64,000 nucleotides of DNA from Desulfobacterales bacterium (GCA_963668645.2 CAXXWC010000010.1:1-64000), one strand, 5' to 3'; shown: positions 52,645-61,562, numbered from the stretch's first letter. The notes: generated from the sequence alone by a model not told the origin. Numbers and translations: made by a program.

Positions 52645-54027
52645 TCAATCCTTCACATCTTTCAACCTTGATTTCGGCCTAGTGATCAGAGCAAAAAACA
52701 GTCCGACAATAAACAAGACAACACCTGGTCCCGCGTCACTTATGTTTGAATGTAGTCCCAAAAACTGGGCGGTCCAATTGGTATTCCCGACTGCGCCGGC
52801 GATACTTAGAACAGCACCCAAGGCTACGCAGGACCACGATATTACTAGTCCGTATTTCCCGTATCTATGCTCAAGCTCGAGAAACTGCTTCTTGAGTTTG
52901 CTGCTCTTGGGAGTGCTGCTTGTTCGCTTGACTTCCGCCATTTCCTGCCCTTTCGCTGAATAAGCAACGGTTGGGTTCCCTGCATCTGGCTCCCCAACAG
53001 CATGATGAATTGATGTTCCAGAAATGATAGTGCCGTTAGTGCTAAGCAGACTACATCTTAGCGCTTTACAATATTCGCGATTCGGCTCAGTTGATAGGCT
53101 ATCAGCCAAGCCGAATGGAAGTCTATCTTCGGTGAACTGCTCCGCGCATTGCCTGTAGTTATCTTTCAATAACGCCATATTTGGATTATAGCGAAGCGTC
53201 AGAATCGCTTCCGGTGCCTCAACCGCTTGATACAAGAAATCTCGCAAACCAACAGCGCAGAGATAGTTAAAATATGTCAGAAAGCTGTTCGTTGCACACC
53301 GCTGTTGCCCCAAGGCGAACGCAGTGGTCGCGAATGGAAGGTCAAAAAGAATAGTTGAATTAAACTCTTGTATGTAAGCAAGATAGTAGTATTTTTCAAA
53401 CAGAATCCGTACCGATTGTATTGCTTGCTTTGGAAAGCCATCCAGTTTCTTCAACACCGACGGCCATATAAAGGGAAGGGAACGATATGCGTCTTGGAAG
53501 GTACTAATAATCTGCAGAAGCCGGCTACGCAACGCATCGTCGGGTAGCGACTCGTAAATCTTCTTCCAATCGTCAGACAGGGCTTCAACTGCGTTTTGCT
53601 GCCACTGCTCTACGCAGAAGAGCCCAACCTTAGTGTCTCGATCAATCAGAGGTGCAGCGACCTTAACGTACAATTTCTCCGGGCTCTTCGCGAAAAATCT
53701 ATTATAAGACGGCAAGTGGCGATACTCAGCGTAACCTTCCATCTTTTTAGATATATATGCAACGATATCCTGCTCACGAAATGCATATCTTATTAAACCA
53801 TCGTGCCTAAAACATTTCAGCTTGACAAGGATGCGCCTCGACAAATCTGATTCATATCCGAAACCAATTGGCAAAAAGCAATAATCAGACGCAAGCAATG
53901 TGGCGACAAAGCACGCCATGATCAACTGTTGCTCCGATCTCTGCTTGGTATAGTGAGATCGCAGGCCGAAGATTGCCTGTGTGTCATAGTTCATGAAATG
54001 CAGGAAGATGTTTTGAAACTTATTCAA
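52645..54027 (-). CDS. Unknown protein with C-terminal two-TM domain
   Basis: ~460 aa; probable TTG start (AGGGA upstream) overlapping the previous stop; hydrophobic GLVISWSCVALGAVLSIAG and PGVVLFIVGLFFALIT. Confidence 0.75.
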   Translation of the reverse strand: MNKFQNIFLHFMNYDTQAIFGLRSHYTKQRSEQQLIMACFVATLLASDYCFLPIGFGYESDLSRRILVKLKCFRHDGLIRYAFREQDIVAYISKKMEGYAEYRHLPSYNRFFAKSPEKLYVKVAAPLIDRDTKVGLFCVEQWQQNAVEALSDDWKKIYESLPDDALRSRLLQIISTFQDAYRSLPFIWPSVLKKLDGFPKQAIQSVRILFEKYYYLAYIQEFNSTILFDLPFATTAFALGQQRCATNSFLTYFNYLCAVGLRDFLYQAVEAPEAILTLRYNPNMALLKDNYRQCAEQFTEDRLPFGLADSLSTEPNREYCKALRCSLLSTNGTIISGTSIHHAVGEPDAGNPTVAYSAKGQEMAEVKRTSSTPKSSKLKKQFLELEHRYGKYGLVISWSCVALGAVLSIAGAVGNTNWTAQFLGLHSNISDAGPGVVLFIVGLFFALITRPKSRLKDVKD

Positions 54028-55786
54028 GATGATTTCCCTGCTTACAGAATGACTGAGCCGCAAGTTGGCCGCATCCAATCTGAGGATCCCCTGGTGTTCC
54101 GAAGACGTAACATTGAAAACCTCTGCCCTGCATTTCCGCTCTGATTCGTTCAAATTTGGCCATTTCTGGACTCAAAAGGGAGAGGTCGCTTGTGGCTTCG
54201 GTAGGGTTCAGAAAACTTAGCTTTATTGCAATGGAGTCTCTGTACGCGTCGACCAGCCCCATGAACTCATCTAATGTTCGCGAATCATCGTTAAGCCCCT
54301 TGATCAAAATGTAGTTAATCTTCACCCTGCAGTGCTCATTTGCGCCGGCAAGCAGTAATGCCTTTGGCAATACGTAGTGTATTGGAGGAGGGACAGTTTT
54401 AGAGAATACATGCTTCATTAGTTCTGGATTGTGATGGTAATAAGGCAATTGTATTGTTCTAAGATGAAAGAAAGATGCACGCCACGTATCAAACGCCAAC
54501 AAGTTGTACCCGCTAGTTGCAATATTGAAACGTACGGAGGGATAGAGCCTGTAAATGTGGGCCGCCCCGTAAAGTATTTTCTGTGCCACGACCGACGGTT
54601 CGCCAATTCCAGCAAAACTTACCTGGAACTCTGGAAGTTCATCCGGTGTTATGCCGTCAACGGTAAGGCAACTGTTGACTTGGGCGAGATACTCGATCGG
54701 GTTCAGAGGACTGGCATGGCCTAGCGCATTTGCCGCACAGAAGTAGCAGCCTACTGTACAGCCGAACATGTTACTGACCTCGATCGTGACATCCCGAAGC
54801 TCGCTATTACGAAAGTGCTTGATTGTCATCGCTTCAATGTTCTTACCACTAAATGATCGCAAAATGTGCCGGTTTGCGTCCTGATAGTCCCAACTCCGCG
54901 CATGATATTTTGAAGATTTCGAGTGACTGGATATCACTGGAAGTCGAATGTCTCGGAGAACCGAGTCCAGTAGATCTTCGGTTTCATCCGGAAGTATGCC
55001 GTAACGGCGTTCAAGAGCGTTCTTGAGCGCTTTCTCATGAGAAAGGCTGGCAAGCATCCAGGCACGTACGTTCCGCTTCTTTCCTGAGTCAAGTTGGCTG
55101 AACTGTACACCTGTTTGCGTTGGGTCCCGGATTACCCTTGCGATTGTCGACAATATTCTTTCCCTGGACGTTCTTCTGTTTGAAAAGAGTGTATTGTCAG
55201 TAATTGTTCCATTCGCATCACATTCAATGCATTTGAGCTTGGTCTTGGAAACGACAACCATGTTGCCCAAGCCAACATGGTTCCTCTTCTTGCATAATGA
55301 ATTAACACAAAACGCGTAGTTCTGTATATTCTCCTTTCGCTTCGATTTCTCCCAGATGGCATCTTCCGTTTCCCTGGAGATGGTTGAAGTCGAGAGCCCT
55401 CTCCCGTTAGTTTCTGGAAGTTGCGCTTCGAAAAGGGACAATTGCTTTCGAATGTTGGAATTTTCTCCGCTCTTGTATAGATGGGAAAACCTGCGATGAA
55501 GTTTTGCCTGCATTTCATGAAGGATCTTGGACAATACAGGGTCTGTTGAGTTGTCGATCTGGTGCATAAGGCAACACATCAAAATCATAAGAACGTCACC
55601 GGCCTCACTAAATACGTTTACCCTATCGCCTAATTCAAAAGATGTTATAAATTCATCCAATTCCGCCTTTAGGGATCTTGATAGGGAGGCAATTGTTTGA
55701 TCTCGTGCCCAGTGCGATTCCTTCATCAGCGTTTTGACTGCCGATTCGGTATTCATCAATATTGATGCAGGAGCATCAACTTTCAT
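54020..55786 (-). CDS. MazG-like NTP pyrophosphohydrolase / Cys4 Zn-finger / RlmN-Cfr-like radical SAM fusion
   Basis: W.RDQT..SL...ELDE...EAGDVL...KLHRRFSHLY; CVNSLC...CIEC; GCTVGCYFC, FAGIGEP, NYILIKGLND, GCGQL; start uncertain (55786-55843). Confidence 0.85.
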   Translation of the reverse strand: MKVDAPASILMNTESAVKTLMKESHWARDQTIASLSRSLKAELDEFITSFELGDRVNVFSEAGDVLMILMCCLMHQIDNSTDPVLSKILHEMQAKLHRRFSHLYKSGENSNIRKQLSLFEAQLPETNGRGLSTSTISRETEDAIWEKSKRKENIQNYAFCVNSLCKKRNHVGLGNMVVVSKTKLKCIECDANGTITDNTLFSNRRTSRERILSTIARVIRDPTQTGVQFSQLDSGKKRNVRAWMLASLSHEKALKNALERRYGILPDETEDLLDSVLRDIRLPVISSHSKSSKYHARSWDYQDANRHILRSFSGKNIEAMTIKHFRNSELRDVTIEVSNMFGCTVGCYFCAANALGHASPLNPIEYLAQVNSCLTVDGITPDELPEFQVSFAGIGEPSVVAQKILYGAAHIYRLYPSVRFNIATSGYNLLAFDTWRASFFHLRTIQLPYYHHNPELMKHVFSKTVPPPIHYVLPKALLLAGANEHCRVKINYILIKGLNDDSRTLDEFMGLVDAYRDSIAIKLSFLNPTEATSDLSLLSPEMAKFERIRAEMQGRGFQCYVFGTPGDPQIGCGQLAAQSFCKQGNHLE

Positions 55787-55834
55787 ATCATTTCTTCCCG
55801 TCATCGCATTGCCTATGAGTGTTTTGTCGCTTAC

Positions 55835-55959
55835 GTACAACATTTAAGATTGTATGCGGAGTCACTTCAAACGAAGTGACCGTCGCAATTCAAATATTAC
55901 CGTATGGGACCGGTAGGCGAAATCCCAATAGCCATGATTCCGCATACAATCTGTTGGAC
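55835..55959 (-). other. attC-like site attached to mini-element copy 1
   Basis: GTCCAAC-A-GATTGTATGCGG...CCGCATACAATC-TTAAAT-GTTGTAC. Confidence 0.75.
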
Positions 55960-56503
55960 TACCGCCCCTCTTCATATGTACTTTCTTTCTCTATTCCGAC
56001 ATTTTTCCTGGTGCATTCCTCAGAAAGTGTTATACAAATCCAGACGGCTGGAAGCCCTGGCAACCCAGCATCATTGTTGTTCAGCGATTGGCAGATGGTT
56101 CCAGCGCTCTCGAACCCGATTCGAAGGCGCACCTATTCGCTTTCATCAAAAACAACAATCTTCGAGCACAACTCATTACGCCTATGGCGGATATCAGTAG
56201 GCGAAGTCGGCTCCGAAAACCAGCCACCGCACCATGGTGCCGCCACAAACCGGGCAGAGCCTCCGATCCACGCCCGTCAACTTTATCGTCATGTCCCTGT
56301 CCATCTGATCGCGCAGCTTTCCCATTGGTCTCCTCCTTTTTTGGGGTTGATGTGTCTTCACAAAACATATCATCCCCCAGAGACCAACGGCGTTAAGTAC
56401 TCAAACCAGATAACGATCCCCTGTCGTTCACGCCTTCAAATTATCTACTTTCAAAGAGCAATCAACCCAAAGGTTTTGCTACCGCTAAGCGGTTTAGTTC
56501 AAC
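55953..56503 (-). mobile_element. Miniature integrase/IS91-like element, copy 1
   Basis: Ends GTTGAACTAAACCGC ... GGCGGTAGTCCAAC; mini-ORF 56325-56194 MGKLRDQMDRDMTIK-LTGVDRRLCPVCGGTM.. Confidence 0.6.
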
Positions 56504-56560
56504 GCCGCGGTTCACATGCCGCGAGGTACGAGCGGTCCTCTGTGAAACCGCATGTTATTT
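56497..56560 (-). other. attC site (64 bp)
   Basis: AAATAAC-ATGCG-GTTTCAC...GTGAAC-CGCGGC-GTTGAAC. Confidence 0.85.
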
Positions 56561-56571
56561 GCCTCATTTGG

Positions 56572-57234
56572 TTAGCTTTCATCCAGATACTGAATAAATC
56601 TCTTACCAAGAGGTGTTACAGAATTCCTTAGATCCTGTGCGCCACTTCCTGTCATCATCGTATTTAGGCTCTGTAAATTTGTAACACGCAAATCATTTAG
56701 TTGTTGGACAAGATCTTCAATCCTGTCTCTATCCATATCCGGAAGTCTTTCACTCAAAGTTTGAGAGGGCGAACCCATCATTCCGGGATTTTGAGGGGGT
56801 GGTTCCATTAACGCTTGTAATACCCTGATATGATCACCATAAATATTTTCTAATAGCTTTAGTAGTCTAAGCTGGTCATCATACTGCTCTCCGGGATTCC
56901 TTACAGCCTCTACTATAAATGATTTAAGAATTTTACGTTTTTCCTCATTCCTTTCCTCTGATGTTCGCCTGAGGGTTTGTTCCAATAAATCCTCAAAATC
57001 TTCAGTCTTGACATATTCTTCGGAAACTTCGGACTTAAAACCTCTCAAGTCTTCTGAAAATTCATGCAAAAGCTCATTCACTCGTTGGATTTTGCGTCCC
57101 GTCGATATACCTCCCAAAACATTGCTTACCGGCCCACCAACCCAAGGAACTGCACTTGAAACAAAAGACATGATGTCTATAATCTTTTCTTTGTCATCAA
57201 ATTTGACAAGAGATTTTGAGCCATCTTTCGTCAT
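56572..57234 (-). CDS. Cassette protein resembling Abi-alpha/DUF4393-like proteins
   Basis: SAVPWVGG, EDFEDLLEQTL..ERNEEKR, C-terminal wHTH-like VTPLGKRF; AAGGAGGT RBS; function uncertain. Confidence 0.6.
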   Translation of the reverse strand: MTKDGSKSLVKFDDKEKIIDIMSFVSSAVPWVGGPVSNVLGGISTGRKIQRVNELLHEFSEDLRGFKSEVSEEYVKTEDFEDLLEQTLRRTSEERNEEKRKILKSFIVEAVRNPGEQYDDQLRLLKLLENIYGDHIRVLQALMEPPPQNPGMMGSPSQTLSERLPDMDRDRIEDLVQQLNDLRVTNLQSLNTMMTGSGAQDLRNSVTPLGKRFIQYLDES

Positions 57235-57252
57235 GTGAATACCTCCTTGAGC

Positions 57253-57377
57253 AAATCACATTTAAGATTGTATACGGAGTCACTTAAAACGTAGTGACCA
57301 TCGTAATTCAAATATTACGGTAAGGGACCGGTAGGGGAAATCCCAATAGCCATGATTGCGCATACAATCTGTTGGAC
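57253..57377 (-). other. attC-like site attached to mini-element copy 2
   Basis: Near-identical to 55835-55959; R' reads GTGATTT instead of GTT. Confidence 0.75.
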
Positions 57378-57660
57378 TACCGCCCCTCTTCATATGTACT
57401 TTCTTTCTCTATTTCGACACCTTTTCTGGTGCATTCCTCGGAATGCGTAATACAAATCCAGATGGCTGGAGGCCCTGGCAACCCAATATCATGGTCGTTC
57501 AGCGATTGGCAGATGGCTCCAGCGCTCTCCAATTCGATACGAAGGCGCACCTATCCTTTTTTTTCCTGAAAAACGACAATATTCGAGCACAACTCACTGC
57601 TGTCAATGGGAATGAAAAGTGTACCAGTTATGGGAAAATAAAAGTGTACCACCGCGCTGG

Positions 57661-58446
57661 TTAATTCCGTGCCTCCTGGGCCGCTGCCGGCGGAACCGGG
57701 TGGCGTCCGAACTCGTTCTTTGAAAAATTGTGTTTCCTGAGCCGATAGCTGTGTCCTTTGATGTTGACCACGCGGCAGTGGTGCAGCAGCCGGTCGAGAA
57801 TGGCCGTGGCGATCACCTGGTCGCCGAACAGTTCCTTCCAGTCGATAAAGCTCTTGTTCGAGGTAATGATCGTCGAGCTGCGCTCGTAGCGATGGGAGAC
57901 GAACTGGAAGAACAGATACGCCTCCCGGCTGTCGATGGGCAGATAGCCCACCTCGTCGACCACCACCAGCGGCGAGGTCAGATAGGCCTTGTGCCGGGAC
58001 TGCGATTCCTTGAGCTTGCGCATCAGCGTGTCCATCGTGGTGAAATAGACCTTGAAACCGTGATGGCACGCTTTGGTCGCCAGCGAGATGGCCAGATGGG
58101 TTTTACCCACCCCCGGCGGCCCGAGAAAGATCACATTTTCATGCTTGGCGATAAAGTCCAAATCGAACAGGGTCATCACCTCCTTTTTGTTCAGATCCGG
58201 ATGGAAAGTAAAGTCGTAGGCGTCGATGGTTTTGGCGGCCGGCAAGCCGGCGGTTTTCATGGCGGTTTGCACCCGGCGCTTTTCCTTGGCCGCGACTTCC
58301 TCCTCCAGCAGGTGGTCGAGGAACGACAGGTACGAGCCCTTTTCGGCCTCGGCCTGGGAGAGGACCGAGTCCAGAACATCAGCCGCCTGGGTGAGCTTGA
58401 GCCGCTGCAGATTGTCCCGCAGACGGTCGCTAATCAGCTGGTCCAT
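57661..58446 (-). CDS. istB: IS21 helper ATPase
   Basis: GPPGVGKTH, VDEVGY, ITSNK, ILDRLLHH. Confidence 0.95.
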   Translation of the reverse strand: MDQLISDRLRDNLQRLKLTQAADVLDSVLSQAEAEKGSYLSFLDHLLEEEVAAKEKRRVQTAMKTAGLPAAKTIDAYDFTFHPDLNKKEVMTLFDLDFIAKHENVIFLGPPGVGKTHLAISLATKACHHGFKVYFTTMDTLMRKLKESQSRHKAYLTSPLVVVDEVGYLPIDSREAYLFFQFVSHRYERSSTIITSNKSFIDWKELFGDQVIATAILDRLLHHCRVVNIKGHSYRLRKHNFSKNEFGRHPVPPAAAQEARN

Positions 58447-59708
58447 ACCCCGCCTCCTTTCTGGGCAAACTGTTCATACTCGGACAGCGGCCGATAGGCT
58501 ACCTGGGGAAAGAGACTGGCGTTGACCAGGCCGCGGGTGGCTTTGCCCTTGGGGCGGCCGTAGGGTGGCTGACAGGGCTGTTCGCGGCGCAGATCGAGGA
58601 TCTGCTTGATGATGGCCGGATCGGTCATCCATCGGCCCTTTTCATCGCTCTGGGCATAGGTCTTGAGCAGCCGGTCGTCGTCGTAAATCCGCACGGCGCC
58701 GTCTTTGATCTTCAACAACACTTTCTTGCCCACCGCTTCCGGAGGGACTTGGTAGCGGCTGGCGTTGTAGGAGACCATGCAGTCCTTGTAGACCTTGCGA
58801 TAGACCTTGATGGCGGTGTCGTAGTCGGGCATGACCGGGCTGAGGCTCTTGACCTCCTGCTGCCAGCGCATGTCCACCGGCTGGCGGTGGGTGCCGTGTG
58901 TGCGCCGGTTGGCCGTCTGGGAAAGCCACTGTAGAAGATCGTGGTTGGCCGCCTCCAGGCTGGTAAAGCGGTAGCCTCTCCAGAAGGCTTCGCGGATGTA
59001 GTCCATCGGCCGTTCCACCTTTCCCTTGACCCAGGGGCTGTAAGGCGCACAGAGGATCGGCTTGAAACCGTAGTGGTTGGCAAAATGCGTAAACTCGACG
59101 TTGATGACCGGCTTTGCGTTCTGACGGCCGGAAAAGACGTTGCGCATGTTGTCGTAGAGCAGCTCGAAAGGCACACCGCACAGGTATTTAAAGGCGTGTA
59201 TGTGGGCATCCATGAATGCTTGGAGGGTGCATTGGCTGACGAATTCGGCATACATGGCGCGCGAAAAGCCTAATACGAGGACAAAGAGGTAAAGCGTCAG
59301 ATCCACGGCGCCGGCCGCGCTGACCTTGAAATCGCCCCAATCGACCTGCCCCTGGAGCCCGGGCACGGTCTCGAAGCGCAGGTAGGCCTGGCGCCGGTTG
59401 CGGGCTTTGATGGATCGCACAAACGGCTTGACCGTATCGTAGCTGCCTGAATATCCAAGATCTTTGATCCTCTGGAAGATCCAGGCAGCCCGATAGTCAT
59501 CTTGGGCCAGCCAGTCTTCAATCATCTGGTAGAACGGCGCCAGGATCGACTCCCTTTTGCTGGTTTTTGAGTACTCCGGCGCCTGGGGCTGAGAGATATA
59601 CTTTTTTACCGTGTCGCGGTGAATGCCAAGCTTTCGCGAGATGGCTCGCTGAGACAACCCTTGGCGGTAATAGGAAAGAATGTCCATGAAGACCTCCCTT
59701 GCGATCAT
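58434..59708 (-). CDS. istA: IS21 transposase
   Basis: RFETVPG.QGQVDW, LYDNM, KGKVER. Confidence 0.95.
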   Translation of the reverse strand: MIAREVFMDILSYYRQGLSQRAISRKLGIHRDTVKKYISQPQAPEYSKTSKRESILAPFYQMIEDWLAQDDYRAAWIFQRIKDLGYSGSYDTVKPFVRSIKARNRRQAYLRFETVPGLQGQVDWGDFKVSAAGAVDLTLYLFVLVLGFSRAMYAEFVSQCTLQAFMDAHIHAFKYLCGVPFELLYDNMRNVFSGRQNAKPVINVEFTHFANHYGFKPILCAPYSPWVKGKVERPMDYIREAFWRGYRFTSLEAANHDLLQWLSQTANRRTHGTHRQPVDMRWQQEVKSLSPVMPDYDTAIKVYRKVYKDCMVSYNASRYQVPPEAVGKKVLLKIKDGAVRIYDDDRLLKTYAQSDEKGRWMTDPAIIKQILDLRREQPCQPPYGRPKGKATRGLVNASLFPQVAYRPLSEYEQFAQKGGGVWTS

Positions 59709-60132
59709 GGCGAAGCCCTCCTTTCTTGGAGGGTCCTACCATGATCCGGCCACGGAGGTGGTACACTTTTCATTCCCTTTTTTGGTACATTTTTGCATTA
59801 CCAGTGACAACTGCGCCTATGGCGGCAATCCGTAGGCGAAGTCCACTCCGAAAGCCACTCGCCGCAGCATGATGCCGCCACAAACCGGGCAGAGCCTCAG
59901 ATCCAAACCCGTAAACTTTATCGTCATTTCCCTGTCCATCTGATCGCGCAGCTTTCCCATTGGTCTCCTCCTTTCTTCGGGGTTGATGTGTCATCACAAA
60001 ACATATCATCCCCCAGAGACCAAGGGCGTTAAGTTCGCAGACCAGATAACGAGTCCCTATCGTTCACGCCTCCAAATCATCAATTTTCAAAGAGCAATAA
60101 ACCCGAAGATTTTGCTACCGCGAAGCGGTTTA

Positions 60133-60261
60133 GTTCAACGCAAGCTTCACCCGGCAGGCGTCGAATTACGAGAACCGGCGAGAAGCGAAAAAGGTTGAAA
60201 AAACTAAAGACTTACAAACAACTGCACCGTAAGCCCGATCGGGTGCAAGCACTTGTTAGAG
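60133..60261 (-). other. attC site
   Basis: CTCTAAC-AAGTG-CTTGCAC...GTGAAG-CTTGC-GTTGAAC. Confidence 0.85.
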
Positions 60262-60266
60262 CAAAT

Positions 60267-60692
60267 TTACTTTTCAGCCTTATCATCAAGGGTGCCGTCC
60301 AATGTTCTCAATCGTAAATAGCGTAGGATACGCCCCAAACCGATAAAAAAGCAAAGTAAAGCGCCTCCACGACCTAAAACTAAAATGCAAATATAAATAC
60401 TGTAGGGCATACCCAACATTTGTCCTGGTTCGGCAACAAATTCAGGCACTATCCAAAGAAGATTTCCAAGAAACAAATAGCGAAGAATTGAAAAAAGATA
60501 ATAATTGGTAATCCCTTGTCGAACTCCCATTTTCATGGATTTCCATTCATCGGTTTCTTTTTCTCTTGCTTCAAGCGATTGTTGTCTTGCTTTCTTAGTT
60601 ATTTGGAAACCTGTTTGGCCTAAATAAACAATAAGGGCACCGAGTACAGACCCAATGGCACCTATTACTAATTTTTCTGGGATTTGATCCAT
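60267..60692 (-). CDS. Small membrane protein (cassette gene)
   Basis: About three hydrophobic segments; bounded by GTTAGAGC / GCTCTAAC. Confidence 0.75.
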   Translation of the reverse strand: MDQIPEKLVIGAIGSVLGALIVYLGQTGFQITKKARQQSLEAREKETDEWKSMKMGVRQGITNYYLFSILRYLFLGNLLWIVPEFVAEPGQMLGMPYSIYICILVLGRGGALLCFFIGLGRILRYLRLRTLDGTLDDKAEK

Positions 60693-60720
60693 ATTGTCTC
60701 CGACAACTTAATATATAAAG

Positions 60721-60842
60721 CTCTAACGTTTCAATAACCTGCCCCAAGCAAAGCCAATAGTGGCCGATGCAAGTAAACACGAAATTAACTTAAGGCCAGA
60801 GAGCGGACGTGCTTAGGGTCTGTGTTTATTGGTTTGTTATAA
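60721..60842 (-). other. attC site
   Basis: TTATAAC-AAACC-AATAAAC...GTTATT-GAAAC-GTTAGAG. Confidence 0.85.
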
Positions 60843-60849
60843 ATTTTTA

Positions 60850-61351
60850 TTATAGGTAATCCCAATTTGAACTTAATACCTTTACTTCTATACCATTTTC
60901 CAGAAGCAATTTGCTAAAACTGACGACATGAAGAGAACCGCATACGAAAAGTAGAGGCCAGATGTTTAGCTCTATAACTTTCTTTAACCACGCATATTCT
61001 CTTAATTTTTCATTCTCCCAAGCTCTTTGATCGAAATCAGATGACGATTCGCCTTTCTTTTGACCTAAATATTGTTTAACCCCGAGTGCTTCCTCTTCTT
61101 TCCTCGTAGCGTTACAATATTTATGATGAATCCCCAGTTTTAGAGCTATTTCTCTAACAAAAGACTGTTTTATCTTGTTTGAGATCTTCAATTGAAAATT
61201 CTTCACCAATTGCATTGATTCTGTTCTCAGTGAAGGATTGTTTTATAAATTTTTCAAATTCAATGATGGCAGCACTGTCGACTTCTTCATATAGGTTTGA
61301 GTTATGTTGATATTTGTGATCGGTACCGATAAGGAATACGATTCGATTCAT
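60850..61351 (-). pseudogene. Frameshifted cassette gene, TraB/Tiki/EreA-like metal-binding fold
   Basis: IGTDH and AIGEE in one frame; RE..W and FVCGSLH in another; shift near 61170. Confidence 0.55.
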
Positions 61352-61360
61352 TTTTTGTCT

Positions 61361-61530
61361 TTATAACGTTTAAGATTGTATGCGTAGTCATGTCGAAGCC
61401 AATAACTGGTTGCCTGCACGCATTTGCGTAAGGCCCGCAAAGCGTCGTGAAGCCAAGGCTATGATTCCGTATACAATCATGTTTGACTACCGCTCCAGTT
61501 CATATGTACTTTAATTCGAAATTCCCCATA
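61361..61530 (-). other. attC-like site plus right-end remnant of a third mini-element
   Basis: GTTTGACTACCGCTCCAGTTCATATGTACTTT matches the copy 1/2 ends; GATTGTAT/ATACAATC stem; R' GTTATAA. Confidence 0.7.
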
Positions 61531-61562
61531 CCTCAGTTGTCGAGAAAATAACACCCCATCTG

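Larger units (their letters stand above)
57601..59809 (-). mobile_element. IS21-family insertion sequence (2209 bp)
   Basis: TGTCA...TGACA ends with repeated AAAGTGTACCA motifs; 5-bp target duplication ACTGC. Confidence 0.93.
57371..60139 (-). mobile_element. Miniature integrase/IS91-like element, copy 2 (interrupted by IS21)
   Basis: Collinear with copy 1 once IS21 is removed; mini-ORF 59960-59817 MGKLRDQMDREMTIKFTGLDLRLCPVCGG..LPP*. Confidence 0.6.

Noticed and set aside
54020..55786. Housekeeping rlmN or resistance gene cfr
   Set aside because: MazG fusion, altered catalytic motifs and cassette context argue against either symbol.
56194..56196. TGA in mini-ORF copy 1 as selenocysteine
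   Set aside because: Aligns to GGA (Gly) in copy 2, not Cys; a simple nonsense change.
55953..56503. Group IIC-attC intron remnant
   Set aside because: No GTGCG 5' end, domain V or RT fragment recognisable; peptide remnants point to integrase/IS91 instead.
55819..56631. 270-aa plus-strand ORF
   Set aside because: Runs antisense across two attC sites and is not kept open in the second copy.
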